A stretch of 45,883 bases of DNA from an uncultured bacterium (GCA_965366475.1 CBDUFN010000001.1:1-45883), one strand, 5' to 3'; shown: positions 29,058 to 37,721, counted from the first letter of the stretch. Program-made: numbers and translations. Notes: generated by a model from the sequence alone, not told the origin.

Positions 29058-29098
29058 TAATGATGCATATCACTACAAAACATGACTATTTTTGTCAA
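29058..29098 (-). promoter_or_regulatory. rpsD-paralog promoter with overlapping palindromic operator
   Basis: Minus strand TTGACA (29098-93)-N17-TAGTGA; imperfect palindrome TAATGAT-GCAT-ATCACTA at 29058-29075. Confidence 0.45.
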
Positions 29099-29267
29099 CT
29101 ATTTTCAACAAAGAGCGATTTAAAAGAGATGATCAGGTTTTGACATGACTAAGAATGCAAAGAGTACACAATCAAGGCAATTAAGGATGGTGTCACCATA
29201 TCTAAAATGATAATCTCTCTGTTCCTGTCAAACCACGACTGGCTGACATAATGTACTTGAGGAAAAG

Positions 29268-29897
29268 ATGCAAACTTTCACACCCTACCTTGGATTTCTC
29301 GTTGTCAGCCTGATGATTGCGTTATCTCCTGGGCCTAGCTGGGCTTACACCATTTCGACAACTCTGAGTCATGGTCGAAAAGCCGGGATGATTGGCAATC
29401 TCGGCAACTCCACTGGGATACTCTGTCATGCAATAGCTGTAGCTATGGGCCTTGCCGCGCTACTCCAATACTCTTCAACGGCCTTTCATACCATCAAGTT
29501 TCTCGGCGTTGCCTATCTAATCTACCTGGCGATGAAAGCCTTTCGCGGTGGAGTAAGCCTTAAGGCTGCATCAGAGACTCCAAGCACGACTCACTGGAGA
29601 ATCTATCGCAACGGTGCTTTCGTCAGTATTTTCAATCCTAAGATTTCTTTGTTAATGCTGGCCCTTCTACCTCAGTTCGTGGATCCAGCAGCAAACGACC
29701 CAGAGCTACACATTGCGGCCATGGGGACCATGCATGCCTTAACGGCAGGCATTGTTCATACTCATCTGATCTTTTTTTCCAGCAGCATTTCACGTCGGCT
29801 AAAAAAGTCTGGGAAAGTACAGAAAGCCTTGCGTTGGGCGACCGGGACGGTGTTTCTTGGCTTTGGTGTTCGACTGGCATTTGCAGACCAGCAGTAA
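29268..29897 (+). CDS. LysE/RhtB family translocator
   Basis: SPGP, GRKAG, GVAYLIYLA, NPK and LPQF motifs. Confidence 0.92.
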   Translation: MQTFTPYLGFLVVSLMIALSPGPSWAYTISTTLSHGRKAGMIGNLGNSTGILCHAIAVAMGLAALLQYSSTAFHTIKFLGVAYLIYLAMKAFRGGVSLKAASETPSTTHWRIYRNGAFVSIFNPKISLLMLALLPQFVDPAANDPELHIAAMGTMHALTAGIVHTHLIFFSSSISRRLKKSGKVQKALRWATGTVFLGFGVRLAFADQQ

Positions 29898-29953
29898 TTT
29901 AAACCTACTCTCTACAGCAGGATTCATCCTGCGAGATATTCGAAAGGCTCCTT

Positions 29954-30433
29954 GTGAAAAAACCGCAATCACTAAAACAATTCTTCATCCTATTAGGGCT
30001 CTGGTTCGTGACAATTTTGGCTGTCTTTGCCGGTTCAGCGCTCTACGATCATTATAAATCATCAGAGTACGATGACACGGCGCTGCCTTATATCAGTGAG
30101 GCTATCACTGAAATTTCCAAATGGGATGCAGCCACAACGAAAGCCTTAATGCCCATTTCAGTTGCTGAGAAGATCCCAGATGAAAAGTTCGTAACTGCGA
30201 TGGACTGGTTCTCCCGGTTGGGCCCGCTGAAAAGTATCGACACTCCGAAGTTCGAAGATCTGCATGTCGGTAAGCAAGTAGATCTTGGCGAGCAAACGAT
30301 TGTCGAGTACAACGTTGACGCCAAGTACACGAATGGTGACGCTACGATCAACCTTAAATTACTCGTCCAAGATGACGCTTTCGAAATCTACAGCTTCAAC
30401 TTCAGCTCAGAAACACTGCTCGAAAAAGAATAA
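29954..30433 (+). CDS. Hypothetical membrane-anchored protein
   Basis: One N-terminal TM plus soluble domain; GTG start. Confidence 0.75.
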   Translation: MKKPQSLKQFFILLGLWFVTILAVFAGSALYDHYKSSEYDDTALPYISEAITEISKWDAATTKALMPISVAEKIPDEKFVTAMDWFSRLGPLKSIDTPKFEDLHVGKQVDLGEQTIVEYNVDAKYTNGDATINLKLLVQDDAFEIYSFNFSSETLLEKE

Positions 30434-30567
30434 CCTTTAAACGACGTCCGAAGTTGAAGGGGAACAGGCTCTTAAAAAGCCCTTTTTCTGACGACATGAA
30501 ACCTATTATCCAACACTCAGTCCATTAGTTTTTCTAGAGGACTTGCTAACAACGGCAATTTCAGTTC

Positions 30568-30876
30568 ATGAACAAAGACAGCTCCTCTGTAAAAACAAAA
30601 AAATTGTTTTTTGCCGGTTTGAGCTTCTTGTGCCTGCTTCTGGCTTTACCGGTCGGCCGTTTGTCTATTTACCTCTTTGCTCCAAATGAAGACTATCTCG
30701 GACCTGGAGGTCTGAAGGTCGCACTCCTTGGTATCATCCTCACCTTTACGGTAGGCTTGACCTCTTCCATCATCTCTTTACGCCGCCGCGAACAGCCTAA
30801 AGGGTTTCCGCTTCTGAGTCTGATAACCAATGCAACGCTGCTCATATGGATTCTTTTCAATCTTCCCGAACTTTGA
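30568..30876 (+). CDS. Hypothetical 3-TM membrane protein
   Basis: Three hydrophobic segments; co-oriented with neighbours. Confidence 0.6.
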   Translation: MNKDSSSVKTKKLFFAGLSFLCLLLALPVGRLSIYLFAPNEDYLGPGGLKVALLGIILTFTVGLTSSIISLRRREQPKGFPLLSLITNATLLIWILFNLPEL

Positions 30877-30929
30877 TGCTGTGATAACAGCATAAAATTC
30901 AACAGGTAAAGCACCACAAAAGGCTCAAC

Positions 30930-31655
30930 ATGAAAAAAATATTTATCATCAAAACAGGTTCAACCTTTCCTGAAACTGCTGCTGAGCATGGTGATTTTGA
31001 AGAGATGACCAAACACGGTCTCAACCTTGAAAAGATCGAAATTTCCACAATTAACGCTAGCGTCGGTGAAGCATTACCAAACCCTGAAGATTGTTGCGGC
31101 GTAATTATCACCGGCGCGCACTGTATGGTGACGGATAATTTGCTGTGGAGTCTGGCAATCGAAGCATGGATTCCATCCCTCATAAAAAGTGGGGTTCCAT
31201 TACTTGGTATTTGCTACGGGCATCAACTCCTGGGCAGAGCAATGGGGGGCCTTGTTGACTTTCATCCGCAAGGGAAAGAGGTTGGCACTGTTGACCTAGA
31301 ACTGACCGAAGCTGGCAGCAGAGACTTGCTTTTCAATAAATTACCGCAACAATTTCCGGCACACGCAACCCATGCTCAATCTGTCCTCACCCTCCCTCCT
31401 GGAGCCATTCTCCTCGCAAAAAACATGTTTGAGCCGCACCATGCCTTCCGTATAGGCCCGTGTGCCTGGGGAGTACAATTCCATCCTGAGTACAATGCTA
31501 AGGTCATGCGCGAGTATGTTGTCAAACAGACAGAGAGCCTGACTCAATCAGGACAAGAGGTGAACAGCTTATTGAATGATGTCCGTGAGACCCCTGAAGC
31601 AAATTCTCTTCTGAAAACTTTTGCACGTTTTGCAACCACGGGAGAAACTTTTTGA
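30930..31655 (+). CDS. Class I glutamine amidotransferase (GMP synthase GATase-like)
   Basis: LGICYGHQL and QFHPE triad motifs. Confidence 0.92.
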   Translation: MKKIFIIKTGSTFPETAAEHGDFEEMTKHGLNLEKIEISTINASVGEALPNPEDCCGVIITGAHCMVTDNLLWSLAIEAWIPSLIKSGVPLLGICYGHQLLGRAMGGLVDFHPQGKEVGTVDLELTEAGSRDLLFNKLPQQFPAHATHAQSVLTLPPGAILLAKNMFEPHHAFRIGPCAWGVQFHPEYNAKVMREYVVKQTESLTQSGQEVNSLLNDVRETPEANSLLKTFARFATTGETF

Positions 31656-32059
31656 CAACAGCAATCACAGGAGGATGCTTTTGTAAAACCATCCAATACC
31701 GTATTTATGCACCAATTGCCATGGCGGTCAATTGCCACTGTAACGCCTGTAAAAAAGCGAGCGGGGCAGCTTTTTCCAGCCTCGCTATCATCAGAGAAAA
31801 ACGTTTCGAAATCGTCTCAGGATTGGATGATTTAACAAAGTTTCAACTCGGAGACTCCCTGACAAAACATTTTTGCCGTTATTGTGGGACACCTGTTTTC
31901 AACCTCAACGGGCGCTACCCTGGCCGTTGCATGGTCTCAATTGGTTCTCTGGACAACCCCTCAATTGTTTCTCCATCAGCGAACATTCACTGCGAAAACA
32001 CACTCAACTGGGTCAGATTAGATAGTGAAACGAAGAATTTTGAAAAGGATTACAGATAA
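31652..32059 (+). CDS. GFA family (glutathione-dependent formaldehyde-activating-like) Zn protein
   Basis: GGCFC, CHCNACKK, HFCRYCGT. Confidence 0.9.
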   Translation: MTTAITGGCFCKTIQYRIYAPIAMAVNCHCNACKKASGAAFSSLAIIREKRFEIVSGLDDLTKFQLGDSLTKHFCRYCGTPVFNLNGRYPGRCMVSIGSLDNPSIVSPSANIHCENTLNWVRLDSETKNFEKDYR

Positions 32060-32087
32060 GGCTTCAGAATCGATTCAACTGCGGAGA

Positions 32088-32609
32088 TCACGACTCATCA
32101 CCCTCAGAATGCATACTTGCCAGCAATGCACGCTCTTTACGCAAAGCCTCGGAACTGTGAGACCAGAGATAGTAATTATCCAGACCCATAACGCTGATTC
32201 CAGCAAAAAAAACTGCCCAGAAGTTATCCTGCATCACTCCAGACAAATGATAGAACGTATAGAATGCTGTGAAAAAGGCAGCGTGCATTAATCCCATGAA
32301 AGGCTTAACTTTGCGGCTCATTCTAGCCAGAGTGCGAACAATTCCTGAAAAAGTGTAAACAACCAGAGCCAAACTGATCATCTCCGTAGGCGGGGGGGCA
32401 CCAAGCATTCGTCGGGCGTTTTCACTAAGATCAGGGAGAAACGAAAAACCATCGAAGGCGGAAAAACTAACCAAGAGGAAGATAACCATCGCCCACAGCC
32501 CATTTCCGGAGGCTTTTTCTAGCCGTCGGATACGCGCATTAATTTTGAGTCGCAGTTCTTCGCGACCCGTTGCTTGCTGGACTTCAGGTTGTGGCTTTGC
32601 CTTATTCAT
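32088..32609 (-). CDS. Membrane protein (about 4 TM), probable accessory subunit of the quinol oxidoreductase operon
   Basis: Hydrophobic segments, LGAPPP motif, TM His (GLMHAAF, FYHL); last gene of the minus-strand run; start moved to ATG 32609. Confidence 0.75.
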   Translation of the reverse strand: MNKAKPQPEVQQATGREELRLKINARIRRLEKASGNGLWAMVIFLLVSFSAFDGFSFLPDLSENARRMLGAPPPTEMISLALVVYTFSGIVRTLARMSRKVKPFMGLMHAAFFTAFYTFYHLSGVMQDNFWAVFFAGISVMGLDNYYLWSHSSEALRKERALLASMHSEGDES

Positions 32610-32676
32610 TGTAGGCCCCTTCCGTCCTCTAAGACAGAATGTTAAAACGGAGTCAGTAACAAAAGGTTCGGCAAAG

Positions 32677-33522
32677 TCAAGGCTGTGCATCCGATGAGGA
32701 AGCACCGTTTTCTTTACTGTGAAGCTGATGTTCGAGCTCTCGCACACGGTTGACCATCTTCTGGAAGTCATTTGCCAACCTGGCGATATCTCCGCTGACC
32801 TCTGGGAATTCGTCGGTCAGAGTATCATTCCCTGAGCCTCCGGTAAAGTCAGCAAGTTGTTTAATCGGCAGGAACACTTGACTATAAAGAAGGGCACAAA
32901 CAGCACCAACCGTAAGTATCAGAATCATCCCGCTAAACATGATCATACGGTTCTGTAACTGCCCGAGAGTTTGTTTGAGAGGATCTTGAGAAACACCAAT
33001 ATCAAGCGTTCCCAGTAAGCTTTGCCCTGGATCATGAAAATGACAGGCCGCATTGGAACATTCTGCTTCATTATAAAAAGGCGCAGTGATGGCCAATACA
33101 TCGTTGCCATTCTGATTAGTAAATTGACGAGCCTTGGCCATAGTAGCAAGGCTGTGTTTAGGCTTCGAACCCGCATGACATTCATTACAGCCCGCGGCTG
33201 ACTTGTCTATAAACTGATTAACTTCCTGAATATCACGAGAAAACATAATCAGGCCCTTCTTATTGAAGATCCGCACATGTTCAACCTGATTCTGTTCACC
33301 GATACTGCTGATAATGTTACTCAAGGTTTCACGATCATCGTGGAGCATTGCATAACGGGTGGATTTAATGATTGTATCTGACAAATCTGCGGCGTGCTGT
33401 ATTTCACCCTTGATGAGGTCATCTTTAACGAAAGTATATAGAAGCACACAGCAAGCGATAACAAATCCGGTCACAGCGCAGGCAACCGGGACTATTGCGC
33501 GACTGTTAATACTTCTCAACAT
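32677..33522 (-). CDS. Kinase-less sensor protein: TM - periplasmic c-heme domain - TM - HAMP-like
   Basis: CNECH and CSNAACH motifs; similar to the sensor region of kinase 39586-41223; no H-box or ATPase domain; AGGAGG SD. Confidence 0.82.
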   Translation of the reverse strand: MLRSINSRAIVPVACAVTGFVIACCVLLYTFVKDDLIKGEIQHAADLSDTIIKSTRYAMLHDDRETLSNIISSIGEQNQVEHVRIFNKKGLIMFSRDIQEVNQFIDKSAAGCNECHAGSKPKHSLATMAKARQFTNQNGNDVLAITAPFYNEAECSNAACHFHDPGQSLLGTLDIGVSQDPLKQTLGQLQNRMIMFSGMILILTVGAVCALLYSQVFLPIKQLADFTGGSGNDTLTDEFPEVSGDIARLANDFQKMVNRVRELEHQLHSKENGASSSDAQP

Positions 33523-33546
33523 AACAACCTCCTGACCTGCACTTTT

Positions 33547-33575
33547 GCCGCGGGGCCGACTATCGACCCCGCGGC
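33547..33575 (-). other. GC-rich intercistronic hairpin
   Basis: GCCGCGGGG...CCCCGCGGC; no U-tract on the coding (minus) strand, so it may stabilise the mRNA rather than terminate it. Confidence 0.55.
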
Positions 33576-33581
33576 CATCAT

Positions 33582-34922
33582 TTAATCAATTTTACGATAC
33601 ATGGCTCCAGCAGGTGCCACGGATGTTTTAATTGGTGCAGCTTTTGAAGCTTCTGCTGCAAGAGCTTCCTGAGGCTGCTCTTTCCATACAAAGAGAATCG
33701 GTAACCGATAAAGAATGAAGCGATACACAACGATGTAAATACAGAATATTGTCACAGCTATAATGACTTCAAAGATATGCGGAATCTCTTGATACAACTG
33801 CCAATTAAAAGTAATCAGAGCAGTATTCAAGCGGTTCAATACAATTCCAAAAACCGTAATAAAAGCACCAACTCTGGCCAGACCAACGAGCTTATGACGA
33901 ATCGCATAGGCAAACAGGATAATGGGTAATACAACACCGACAGCCATCTCGAAAAGGAACCAGGCTCCCCATCCTGTGGCCAGATACCCCCATTCGTTGT
34001 CATGAGCAACACCAATTAACTTGATCGCAAGATAAGTGATCAAGGCCATGCTTGCTCCTTTGGCTAAACCAAGGGTGCAACGATCGAGATTTTCCATGAA
34101 ATTCTCATCACATCGCCATGCCATAGTCTTCTTAACCACGGTGCTGACAACGATAACCATGCAGAGGCCTGCCGGAATCGACGAGCAGAAGAAATGAATC
34201 CACTGGAACGATGCCGAAAACCAGAGCGGGTGAACCTTTCCCGGCGCGTAGTTGAACAACGCCCCCAAAGCGCCCTGGTGCAGAGTTGAAAGAATAATGC
34301 CGGCAACAGTCAAGCCAATGGCTATTTTTCTGATGAAACGTTTACCACCCAACCATCCGATCCATTCGAAGAAAGAGACTGAGACCTCGGCGACTTGCAC
34401 CGAAAGATATGTAGCAACATGCCAGGCCACCAAAAAGAGGACAGCGGCGGGCCCGAATGAAACAACCATTGGGTAAGGCAAGCGCCATGGCTGGCCAAGG
34501 TCAACCATCAAATAAACAACTGCAAAGAAATAGCCGAGCAGACCATTGAGCAAAGCCAATCGTTCAATCGGCTCAAAATCATGGCGCCCGAAAATTTCGA
34601 CCGCGGTGCCAAGCATGAATCCAGAAGCAGAAAGCGGCACCATGGTAAAGAGACCAAACCCCAGAAAGAGTCCCCAAGGATAGTCATTGGAAGCATGAGT
34701 CACCACACTGAGACCAAAAAGGAAACGATAGGCAATCAGTGGCAGCCCGATAGCGAAGATAATTCCTAAAACCCAGTTAAAAGGATTACGCAGAGCCTGA
34801 CCAAGGTATTGACCAGGAGTCAGTCCAAGCAGTAGCTTCCTTACCAAAGACCAAGACTGGTCGGTTTTTTCGTTGATATGTGAATCAACAGGTTTTGCAC
34901 CCCATCCGAGCAGACTTTTCAT
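33582..34922 (-). CDS. NrfD/PsrC family integral membrane subunit (HybB/HmcC-like)
   Basis: About 10 TM; YPWGL, DLGQPWR, LSTLHQGALG and LNRLN motifs. Confidence 0.9.
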   Translation of the reverse strand: MKSLLGWGAKPVDSHINEKTDQSWSLVRKLLLGLTPGQYLGQALRNPFNWVLGIIFAIGLPLIAYRFLFGLSVVTHASNDYPWGLFLGFGLFTMVPLSASGFMLGTAVEIFGRHDFEPIERLALLNGLLGYFFAVVYLMVDLGQPWRLPYPMVVSFGPAAVLFLVAWHVATYLSVQVAEVSVSFFEWIGWLGGKRFIRKIAIGLTVAGIILSTLHQGALGALFNYAPGKVHPLWFSASFQWIHFFCSSIPAGLCMVIVVSTVVKKTMAWRCDENFMENLDRCTLGLAKGASMALITYLAIKLIGVAHDNEWGYLATGWGAWFLFEMAVGVVLPIILFAYAIRHKLVGLARVGAFITVFGIVLNRLNTALITFNWQLYQEIPHIFEVIIAVTIFCIYIVVYRFILYRLPILFVWKEQPQEALAAEASKAAPIKTSVAPAGAMYRKID

Positions 34923-35875
34923 TGTTCGCCTCCATCCTCGCCATGATTATTCTCGGCGTCATGATCGTGGTCACCGTGTCCATCTTTTTTCTTTGCCAAA
35001 AGGTGAAAACCGGTGAACATTGCCGGCCAGATAGCAAGAACCATCGGCACGGTGCCAAGGAAATCCTTGACGTTATTGATAATCGGCTCGTTACCAGGGT
35101 TTGGATCGAAACCAACGTCTTCAAAAGGCACTGAGGACAGATACATCCAACTGGTTCCGCCCAACTCTTTTTCGCCGTAAATATGATTTACGTACCGACC
35201 AGGATGAGTCTGGATACGCTGATTGCCAATCTTGAGCAAATCTTTTCGCTTGCCGAAGGTCAACGCTTCCTGAGGGCAGATATCGACGCACGCTGGTGGT
35301 AAACCATTCTTCAACCGGGTTTCATGGCAGAAGATGCATTTTTTAACAACGGGGTCAAATGCACTGGAATAGCTGTACCCAGGAACATGGAATGGGCAAG
35401 CAATCATACAGTTTCGACAACCAACACATACGTTGCCGTTGTAAATTACGGCACCCTCTTTAGTCTTGGTGTAAGCGTTGACAAAGCATGAGCTCAAACA
35501 AGCGGGCTCATTGCAATGATTACACTGCACCTTGCGATAAAGGGGGTGATCGATCCCTTCCGGGTTGTAACGGTTAACAACCGTGTAGGCATTTTCATCT
35601 GGACGGCGTTTTTGCTTGCCACCGTGAAAGGTTTCATCAAAAACTGATTTATCATCAAATGGCCGGTCGGGAGCTGGCAGATTTTGCTCTTTGTTGCATG
35701 CCGCCTCGCAACTACGGCAACCGATGCAACGGGTCAAATCCACCAACACCCCCATGCCATCCGGATAGCCGGTAAACGATCCCGACGCCAGAGCCTTTTT
35801 CGGGCCGGCCAAGGTTGTGGCGGCACATCCTGCCACGCTTGCAGCAAGAAATCTCCGTCGACTGATTCCACTCAT
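34919..35875 (-). CDS. Tat-exported 4x[4Fe-4S] protein (HybA/HmcB-like) with C-terminal TM anchor
   Basis: SRRRFL Tat motif; CIGCRSCEAAC, CNHCNEPAC..SC, CVGCRNCMIACP, KCIFC...PACVDICP; His-rich tail. Confidence 0.92.
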   Translation of the reverse strand: MSGISRRRFLAASVAGCAATTLAGPKKALASGSFTGYPDGMGVLVDLTRCIGCRSCEAACNKEQNLPAPDRPFDDKSVFDETFHGGKQKRRPDENAYTVVNRYNPEGIDHPLYRKVQCNHCNEPACLSSCFVNAYTKTKEGAVIYNGNVCVGCRNCMIACPFHVPGYSYSSAFDPVVKKCIFCHETRLKNGLPPACVDICPQEALTFGKRKDLLKIGNQRIQTHPGRYVNHIYGEKELGGTSWMYLSSVPFEDVGFDPNPGNEPIINNVKDFLGTVPMVLAIWPAMFTGFHLLAKKKDGHGDHDHDAENNHGEDGGEQ

Positions 35876-35933
35876 AACAATCTCCTTATCCTAAAATCTT
35901 GTTCCCGTAAATCGATCTCGACACTGACTATCT

Positions 35934-36443
35934 TTAATGGCCCTTGTTATGTGAGGCGCCAGTTGCATCCTTGTGATAGAAAGCGTCTCCTTCTGTCGTC
36001 AGAGCATGGCAATCTTCACACCCGGTCGGCCCATCCATTTCTTCATGACAGCCAACGCAATTCCAGTGGTAGGCAGCCTTTAATCCAGGTGTATCAATAT
36101 GGAACTGATATCGATCCAGTGCTTCTGTGTTGATGCTTTCTGCGGAAAAGGGCTCTTTCGCGTGACAATTTCGACATGATACGATTTCAGCTTCGTCACT
36201 ATCGGCATGACACCTTATGCAGCGATCATCGGTTGTGCCGGTACCAGTTGTGTGATGATGACAAACGGAACAATCCTCTCCCAGGTCAATATGCATGTCG
36301 TGATCAAAATCAACAGATTCAAAAACCTCGACCAGAGCGTCGAGTTCAACCTGACCAGGCATATCTGCGGCCTGAGCCAGGGACCCCGACACAAAGAGAG
36401 CCAGTACCATCATCAAGGTAGTTAAGATTTGCTTAGCGCTCAT
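35934..36443 (-). CDS. Periplasmic class III (c3-like) multiheme cytochrome with 5 CxxCH motifs
   Basis: Signal peptide, FDHDMH, CSVCH, CIRCH, CRNCH, CVGCH, CEDCH, LKAAYH; start ATG 36443 (AAGGAG). Confidence 0.9.
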   Translation of the reverse strand: MSAKQILTTLMMVLALFVSGSLAQAADMPGQVELDALVEVFESVDFDHDMHIDLGEDCSVCHHHTTGTGTTDDRCIRCHADSDEAEIVSCRNCHAKEPFSAESINTEALDRYQFHIDTPGLKAAYHWNCVGCHEEMDGPTGCEDCHALTTEGDAFYHKDATGASHNKGH

Positions 36444-36481
36444 GATTCTTTCTCCTTTTACTTGAGTGCTGAACGGCACTC

Positions 36482-36652
36482 TCATTTACTGGCCTCTTCT
36501 GGCTTTTCGTTCAGGTACTTGTAGAACATTGGAAAAGCAATGAAGAAGGCGAGACAGATGAGATATTCGATGCCCTTGATGTACTGGTAAAAATCGACCA
36601 GAGTGTAAACATTTTGTACTTCAACTATGCTATCGAGTATTTGGCTGATCAT
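36482..36652 (-). CDS. 56-aa single-TM protein, HmcD-like (not in the ORF track)
   Basis: Translated by hand: MISQILDSIVEVQNVYTLVDFYQYIKGIEYLICLAFFIAFPMFYKYLNEKPEEASK; AAGGAG 6 nt upstream; fills the operon gap. Confidence 0.78.
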   Translation of the reverse strand: MISQILDSIVEVQNVYTLVDFYQYIKGIEYLICLAFFIAFPMFYKYLNEKPEEASK

Positions 36653-36693
36653 ACTCATCTCCTTATCTACAGATCGTGTTTATGTCAAAACGA

Positions 36694-36933
36694 CTAACTA
36701 CGGCTGCCTTGACGACTGGCTTGCTTATCAGTTCCTTTGATCAAGCCTTTAACAAAACCAACCAGGAGCATAATTGTTGGCATCAACTGCACCACGACAA
36801 CCAAGGCACAAAAAGCCAAAAATATACCAACCAGAACACCGCTTGAATAAGTCTTGGTTGTATCAACGGCAAAAGCTGGGCTAGCCATCAACAACATCAT
36901 CATTCCCATTCCTAAGCTTCTAAACTTTTTCAT
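36694..36933 (-). CDS. Small membrane protein with signal peptide (paralog 2)
   Basis: SPAFA cleavage site, hydrophobic FCALVVVVQLMP...GFVKGL; GGAGG SD. Confidence 0.8.
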   Translation of the reverse strand: MKKFRSLGMGMMMLLMASPAFAVDTTKTYSSGVLVGIFLAFCALVVVVQLMPTIMLLVGFVKGLIKGTDKQASRQGSRS

Positions 36934-36964
36934 CATTTCCTCCATCCTTTTTGTGGGTTTCTTT

Positions 36965-37375
36965 TTATTGCAACCGTTCATCTTCAGGGCTGTTTGTTAC
37001 TTTTTCGAACGCGCATTTAACGGCCTCTCTCAACTCTTCTTCATCACCTGGTCGGCTCGGTTTAAGAGCATGATAAAAAATGCCCTCACTACGAGCCTTG
37101 CGAATCAGTGCTAACGGAAGTTCACTCGCAACCAAAATAATTGTCAGGTTGCGATTGCACTTTTTCAGAATCGGAATCAACTCTGTTGCCAGCAATTCAT
37201 CAAACCGGGTACTGATCAGAACAACCTGTGCGGTCTTTTTGAGAATTCCATAGAGGACGCCAGCAGCTGAGTTGGTCACTGTGACCTGATAGCCGTCATT
37301 TATGAACAAGTCCGCCATACGCTTCCTTGTTAATACGTCTTCATCTGCGATGAGTAGTCCTGGCATGTGCATCAT
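36965..37375 (-). CDS. Stand-alone receiver-like protein lacking the phospho-acceptor Asp
   Basis: LLIADED, beta3 VVLIST (Ser where Asp is expected), ALKP. Confidence 0.8.
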   Translation of the reverse strand: MMHMPGLLIADEDVLTRKRMADLFINDGYQVTVTNSAAGVLYGILKKTAQVVLISTRFDELLATELIPILKKCNRNLTIILVASELPLALIRKARSEGIFYHALKPSRPGDEEELREAVKCAFEKVTNSPEDERLQ

Positions 37376-37430
37376 GGTTTTCTTCTCCTGCCAACGGCCA
37401 AACCGTCCCTATATGAGGGACAAACCCCAT

Positions 37431-37655
37431 CTATTCAACTTTCGCTGAAGTCTTCTCTGGGTGAAAGAACAGTCCTTTTACCAGCCCGAAAAAAAGAATC
37501 ATTGCCGGTACCAACTGAGACACGATGATCAAGGCGAAAAACCCGATGAAAAAATAGGTTAAAACCCCTGCGCCTTCGTTGTGAGACCCTACCGCCGCAT
37601 AAGCAGCAGAAGCGCTACCAGCTACCATCGATATCAACATTTGCATTGTTTTCAT
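37431..37655 (-). CDS. Small membrane protein with signal peptide (paralog 1)
   Basis: SAAYA site, FFALIIVSQLVP...GLVKGL; AAGGAGG SD before ATG 37655. Confidence 0.8.
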   Translation of the reverse strand: MKTMQMLISMVAGSASAAYAAVGSHNEGAGVLTYFFIGFFALIIVSQLVPAMILFFGLVKGLFFHPEKTSAKVE

Positions 37656-37721
37656 AACTTCCTCCTTCCTAAAGGTTCTTATTGCGTTGACACCTGTTTC
37701 TTGTTCATGACTAGGAAACAA

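Noticed and set aside
32610-32771. Long N-terminal extension of ORF 32088-32771
   Set aside because: It overlaps the upstream gene out of frame; ATG 32609 is more plausible
33582-35875. Part of a Hyb-type uptake hydrogenase operon, or partner of the 3b hydrogenase in this window
   Set aside because: No group 1 small or large subunit is adjacent; the window's hydrogenase is cytoplasmic (no Tat signal) and over 8 kb away
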